A program made the translations under genes and the position numbers. The notes under the pieces are model-generated. The model made no database searches and was not told where the DNA came from. It saw nothing but the letters and a program-made list of their open reading frames with translations. From Candidatus Latescibacterota bacterium (GTDB taxonomy: Bacteria; Latescibacterota; UBA2968): a DNA stretch of 64,000 nt. The stretch covers positions 64,001 through 128,000 of the forward strand of contig OZ242320.1 of assembly GCA_965208125.1 (NCBI GenBank). Direction: 5' to 3'. Positions 59,574 through 64,000 of the stretch are shown here, piece after piece (position 1 is the first letter of the stretch; every line of letters starts with the position of its first letter).

Positions 59574-60724
59574 TAAAACGCGTTGCCCTTCTCGGATCCA
59601 CAGGATCTATTGGCACAAACACGCTGCGTGTTCTGAATAGCCTACCCGACCGATTTGAACTGGTGAGTTTATGTGCCGGACGCAATGCCGAGTTGCTGTG
59701 TGAACAAGCCGAGCACTGGCGCCCTGAGCGCGTTTGTATTGCCCAGGGGGCAAAAGAGGTGCAGGCGCGTCTTGCCCCACTGGGCATTGAAGTGCTCGAA
59801 GGCAGCGCGGGCTTGCAGGACCTGTCTGTCGATCCCGATACCGACCTGATCATTAACGGCCTGGCAGCAGGCGTGGGGCTTCGACCTACGCTATCTGCTG
59901 TGCGCGCGGGCAAAGATGTGGCAATTGCCAATAAAGAGACACTGGTTGTCGCAGGGCATCTGGTAACTGCATGGGCCAAACAGACCGGCGCCACATTATT
60001 GCCGATCGATAGTGAGACAACGCCGCTGTGGCAATCGTTGCAAGAGACGAACCGAGACGAGGTCAAACGCATTTTACTGCCCGCCTCGGGCGGTCCTTTT
60101 TTTAATTATACGCAAAAGCAAATGGCGAGTGTTTCGCGCGACCAGGCACTCAATCATCCCACCTGGCAGATGGGACCCAAAATTACGATTGACTCCGCCA
60201 CATTGATGAATAAAGGCTTTGAAGTAATCGAAGCGCAATGGTTTCTCGATTTGCCGGTCTCGAAAATCGATGTGATTATTCATCGGCAGTCCATTGTGCA
60301 TTGTCTTATCGAATACGTGGATGGCGGCATGATGGCGCACCTGAGTACCCCCGATATGCAGTTGCCCATTCATCAGGCTCTGGTGCATCCTGAAAAGCTA
60401 CCCACACAGGTTGAACGCCTGGACCTGACACAGGTCGGCACATTGAGTTTTTTTCAGCCCGATACCAACCGATTTCCCTGTCTTCAATTGGCATATCAGG
60501 CCGTAGAACAGGGCGGAACTGCACCCGCTGTACTCAACGCTGCCAATGAAGTCGCCGTGTATGCTTTTCTCGATGGCCGCATCGGATTTCTCGATATCCC
60601 TCGTGTAATTGCACAAACCCTTGATGAACACGAGGCATCTGAAGATACCCTCGAGGCGATCTTTGACGCAGACCGCTGGGGGCGAGTCCGTGCAAATGAG
60701 CTGATTTGTTCACTTGAATCATAG
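59570..60724 (+). CDS. dxr: 1-deoxy-D-xylulose 5-phosphate reductoisomerase
   Basis: LGSTGSIG, ANKE, ASGGPF, HPTWQMGPKITIDSATLMNKGFEVIEA, NAANE. Confidence 0.95.
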   Translation: MIKRVALLGSTGSIGTNTLRVLNSLPDRFELVSLCAGRNAELLCEQAEHWRPERVCIAQGAKEVQARLAPLGIEVLEGSAGLQDLSVDPDTDLIINGLAAGVGLRPTLSAVRAGKDVAIANKETLVVAGHLVTAWAKQTGATLLPIDSETTPLWQSLQETNRDEVKRILLPASGGPFFNYTQKQMASVSRDQALNHPTWQMGPKITIDSATLMNKGFEVIEAQWFLDLPVSKIDVIIHRQSIVHCLIEYVDGGMMAHLSTPDMQLPIHQALVHPEKLPTQVERLDLTQVGTLSFFQPDTNRFPCLQLAYQAVEQGGTAPAVLNAANEVAVYAFLDGRIGFLDIPRVIAQTLDEHEASEDTLEAIFDADRWGRVRANELICSLES

Positions 60725-60738
60725 AAACGAGGTTTCCC

Positions 60739-62064
60739 GTGATCGTCGATCTTCTCTACTTCTTATTTGTCTTAGGCGTACTGGTTTTTGTTCACGAACT
60801 CGGGCATTTTGTAGTGGCCAAAAAATCGGGCATCCGGGTTGAAACCTTTTCACTTGGCTTTCCACCCAAAGCGATAGGCGTGAAAATTGGCGAGACCGAA
60901 TACTGCCTTTCGTGGTTGCCATTGGGCGGCTATGTGAAGATGGCCGGCATGGAAGATTTTGGTCACGAAGAGCGCAAGGGTAAGCCATGGGAAGTTCAGG
61001 CGAAGCCGCGCTGGATACAAATGGCGGTGCTCATCGCTGGTCCGGCAATGAACTTTTTTCTGGGCTTTTTGCTATTGCTCATTCTGCGCTTGGCGGCGGG
61101 TGAATACGCATTTTTGGACGATTCACGCGTGGGTGAAGTTAAGACAGACTCGCCCTTCTATACAGCAGGGCTAAGGCCAGGAGACCGCATTTTAACCGTT
61201 GGAAATACGGCGGTAAATGACTGGGAAGAAATGGAAGATGCATTTCTCCTTCAGGCCGGTGACGTCGTGCCCGTTGAAATTGAACGAATACCCGCCTACC
61301 GATCAGACATGACCGAGCGATTGATGATTTCTGTCGATTTGACCTCGCTTCCCCGCGAAGGTCTGGGACTGGGATATTATATGACCACAGAAGTTGGAGC
61401 CGTGATGCCCGGAATGCCAGCCGCGGAAATTGGCCTGCAATCAGGCGATGTGATCACATCGGTCAATGGTGTCCCGGTGACGATGTGGTGGGAGATGAGT
61501 CGCGAGATATCTGCGAAACCCGGTGTGGAAATCTCATTGACCTGGCAGCGCAATGGCGAAGAGATAACGGCGCAGATTATTCCCGCTTCTCAAACTTTTA
61601 ATGGCGAGACCGTAGGGCGCATTGGAATTGATTGGGCTTCCAAACGCAATCCCATTCCCTTTTTTAAGGCCGTGCGCCGCAGTGCAACAGAAACCATCAA
61701 TTTGTCAACAGCCATTTTTGGATTTGTCAAACGCCTGGTCATAGGACAAGAATCCAGCAAGAATTTGGCTGGACCTGTTGGGATTTTCCATCTGGTGGGC
61801 CAAAGTGCTGAGCACGGTTTCTCCTCTCTGCTGTGGTTTATGGCCATGCTCAGCATTAACCTGGGCGTGCTCAACCTGTTGCCCATTCCCATGCTCGATG
61901 GCGGCCATCTCACCATTCTTGCGATTGAAAGCATTATACGCCGGGATTTATCTGCGCGACACAAAGCCTGGCTCCAACAAGCCGGATTTGCATTTTTGCT
62001 CTTCCTGATTATTTACGTAACCTTCAACGATATCGGGCGCATTTCCGGATGGTTTGGAAACTAA
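60739..62064 (+). CDS. rseP: RIP metalloprotease RseP (two PDZ domains)
   Basis: HELGH, PLGGYVKM, AGPAMN, NLLPIPMLDGGH. Confidence 0.95.
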   Translation: MIVDLLYFLFVLGVLVFVHELGHFVVAKKSGIRVETFSLGFPPKAIGVKIGETEYCLSWLPLGGYVKMAGMEDFGHEERKGKPWEVQAKPRWIQMAVLIAGPAMNFFLGFLLLLILRLAAGEYAFLDDSRVGEVKTDSPFYTAGLRPGDRILTVGNTAVNDWEEMEDAFLLQAGDVVPVEIERIPAYRSDMTERLMISVDLTSLPREGLGLGYYMTTEVGAVMPGMPAAEIGLQSGDVITSVNGVPVTMWWEMSREISAKPGVEISLTWQRNGEEITAQIIPASQTFNGETVGRIGIDWASKRNPIPFFKAVRRSATETINLSTAIFGFVKRLVIGQESSKNLAGPVGIFHLVGQSAEHGFSSLLWFMAMLSINLGVLNLLPIPMLDGGHLTILAIESIIRRDLSARHKAWLQQAGFAFLLFLIIYVTFNDIGRISGWFGN

Positions 62065-62086
62065 AGCTCTCCGCCACCTATTAGAT

Positions 62087-62119
62087 AAAATCCCCCGCAT
62101 TTTTTGTGGGGGATTTTTT
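62087..62119. terminator. bidirectional terminator
   Basis: AAAATCCCCCGCA/TGTGGGGGATTTT. Confidence 0.8.
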
Positions 62120-62156
62120 ATTTGCAACCAGTTCCCAACCTCTCACGTTTTACGTC

Positions 62157-62498
62157 TCACTTCTCACCTTTCTTTTCCGTCTTTTGAAATGCCTTCATCT
62201 CACGCTCTGCAGCTTCTCCTAATCGCTGTTGAATTAGGGCAATGAGCGCATCCCATTTTTCGGGGTGATCCCGGCGGTCTTTGAGAAATTTCTCTATATC
62301 GGCTTGTGTAATGCCATGGCGTTTAAACAGCTCTTCTCGTTCCACCAGCAGCGAATCGGGCGCGTGTACATAACGGCGGTGAAGTTCCACCGCATCTGCA
62401 AATAGCTCGACAAATTTCTCATCCGATAGCTCTGGCGATGCAGCGGTCGCACAGCCAACCGCACTGAGCAAGAGACACCAGAGAAGCAGTTTTTTCAT
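62157..62498 (-). CDS. hypothetical helical lipoprotein
   Basis: MKKLLLWCLLLSAVGC lipobox. Confidence 0.7.
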   Translation of the reverse strand: MKKLLLWCLLLSAVGCATAASPELSDEKFVELFADAVELHRRYVHAPDSLLVEREELFKRHGITQADIEKFLKDRRDHPEKWDALIALIQQRLGEAAEREMKAFQKTEKKGEK

Positions 62499-62640
62499 AA
62501 CAGAGTCCCAGGGGAAGAATCTCACAGCGGCCCTTTTACAATTCTCTCAAAAACGTCACAATGACGCATATATATAAATAACTTATTTTTTCTATATAAA
62601 ACAATTGACTTTTGAAACACGAATTACTAATTTAACCCAG

Positions 62641-62669
62641 GTGGCATATTGTGGTGGATTGTGGTGGAT
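62641..62669 (+). promoter_or_regulatory. MraZ-binding direct repeats
   Basis: GTGG at 62641, 62651, 62661 (10-bp period) upstream of mraZ. Confidence 0.8.
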
Positions 62670-62727
62670 CTTATTTTTTTATATATCACTTTGTAAAATA
62701 ACAATTTATCTCTGTCAGGCTTCTCAG

Positions 62728-63174
62728 ATGTCCGATAATTGTCCAGAGTTTTATGGCGACTTTGAAAATATCCCCATCGATACCAAGGGTCGCTTAATTG
62801 TTCCTGCAGCATTTCGGAACGCGTTGCCCAATGGCGTAAGCTCAATTATTGTCACGCAGTGGTTTGATGGCTGTTTGGCCGCGTTTGATCCCGATGGATG
62901 GCGGCGGATCATTGATCAACTCCGCAACATGGGACATTCGCAAGTCCAATCAAGACAATTAGTTAGAGCAATGGCAGGACGCGCATCTGAGGTGAAACTC
63001 GACCGCCAGGGGCGTGCATTGATTCCTCGAAAGCGTCTGGATTCAGTCGGTATTACAGATCGCGCAACGCTGGCAGGCGCCGTTGATTGTATTGAAATTT
63101 GGGATCCCGATAAGTATAACGAAGCTCAAAATGCCGTTAATATGGAAGAGATAGCAGAAGGATTAGAACGATAG
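62728..63174 (+). CDS. mraZ: division/cell wall cluster repressor MraZ
   Basis: DTKGRLIVP and DRQGRALIP, IEIWD; precedes rsmH. Confidence 0.92.
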   Translation: MSDNCPEFYGDFENIPIDTKGRLIVPAAFRNALPNGVSSIIVTQWFDGCLAAFDPDGWRRIIDQLRNMGHSQVQSRQLVRAMAGRASEVKLDRQGRALIPRKRLDSVGITDRATLAGAVDCIEIWDPDKYNEAQNAVNMEEIAEGLER

Positions 63175-63251
63175 GAAATATTCTAAAATAAGGAATAAAT
63201 ATTCAGAATAAATATTCGAATATACGACAACAAAACTAAAAACAATAAGTT

Positions 63252-64000
63252 ATGCATCGAAAAGCTCCAGAGTATCACATTCCGATCTTGGGGCTATATG
63301 TGTCAAAATGTCTCATAACCGATCCCAATGGAATTTATGTGGATGCGACTTTGGGTGGAGGTGGACACGCTGAAATAATGCTCAAACATCTGGGACCTGA
63401 TGGCAAATTGATCGGTATAGACCGCGACCCCAAAGCTATTGAAGTCGCGTCAAAACGCCTGATCCCGTTTAAAGATCGCGTGTATACTGTGCAAACACCG
63501 TTTTGGAACCTCCGACATATTTTGGCTGAACAGGGCCTCGCGACAATCACGGGCATTTTATTCGATCTGGGTCTTTCATCTCACCAGATTGACAATGCTG
63601 ACCGGGGATTCAGTTTTCAGCAACGCGGTATACTTGATATGCGTATGGGCCCCGATGCAAAATGCACGGCCCACGAGGTGGTCAATTCGTATTCGCAGGA
63701 AGATTTGACTCGCATCATCAAAACTTATGGCGAAGAACGCGCCGCAGCCCGCATTGCCCGCGCAATCTGTGAAAACAGACCTCTTAATTATACGGACGAC
63801 CTGGCCGATGTAATTGCGCGGTACAGCTATGGACCTCGAAAACAAAAAACGCTTGCGCGGGTATTTCAGGCGCTTCGCATTGAAGTGAACGATGAATTGG
63901 CACATCTTGAAGACGCGCTCCAAACAGCTATTGATCTGCTCAAACCCGGTGGGCGCATTGGCGTTTTGTCTTATCATTCGCTGGAACACCGCGCTGTCAA
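63252..64000 (+). CDS. rsmH: 16S rRNA m4C1402 methyltransferase (runs off window)
   Basis: Manual translation: YHIPIL, YVDATLGGGGH, DLGLSSHQID..RGFSF..LDMRM, FQALRIEVN, SYHSLE. Confidence 0.95.
   Translation, partial: MHRKAPEYHIPILGLYVSKCLITDPNGIYVDATLGGGGHAEIMLKHLGPDGKLIGIDRDPKAIEVASKRLIPFKDRVYTVQTPFWNLRHILAEQGLATITGILFDLGLSSHQIDNADRGFSFQQRGILDMRMGPDAKCTAHEVVNSYSQEDLTRIIKTYGEERAAARIARAICENRPLNYTDDLADVIARYSYGPRKQKTLARVFQALRIEVNDELAHLEDALQTAIDLLKPGGRIGVLSYHSLEHRAV

Overview
Bacterial chromosome window (moderate GC, no rRNA, tRNA or CRISPR seen). The mix of GWxTD, dockerin/EF-hand, internalin-like LRR, phytanoyl-CoA dioxygenase and many enolase-superfamily genes suggests, by inference only, an FCB-group (Latescibacterota-like) and possibly sponge-associated organism. 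In order: 5' part of selA, GWxTD protein, fbaB, mazG; a small accessory patch (integrase-arm-domain/degenerate-nuclease fusion with TAGCCACA repeats, RelE/HTH toxin-antitoxin pair, IS3-type end truncating a beta-propeller/sigma54 activator); a ~22 kb catabolic region; a dpp-type ABC operon split by a 7 kb island (two LRR-dockerin paralogs flanking an MNT-HEPN fusion); an M16 peptidase pair; lysine riboswitch-dapA-dapB-oversized transaldolase; hrcA-grpE-dnaJ without dnaK; a temptin-like CxxCH protein; glnA; ygfA; uppS-cdsA-dxr-rseP; mraZ-rsmH. Intergenic spaces repeatedly carry 7-nt periodic, often inverted, repeat arrays. Best novelty candidates: the arm-domain/dead-nuclease gene with putative cognate sites, the modular variable LRR locus, the heptamer elements, and the riboswitch-linked giant transaldolase. 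All family calls are from motif recognition by eye; no searches were run.
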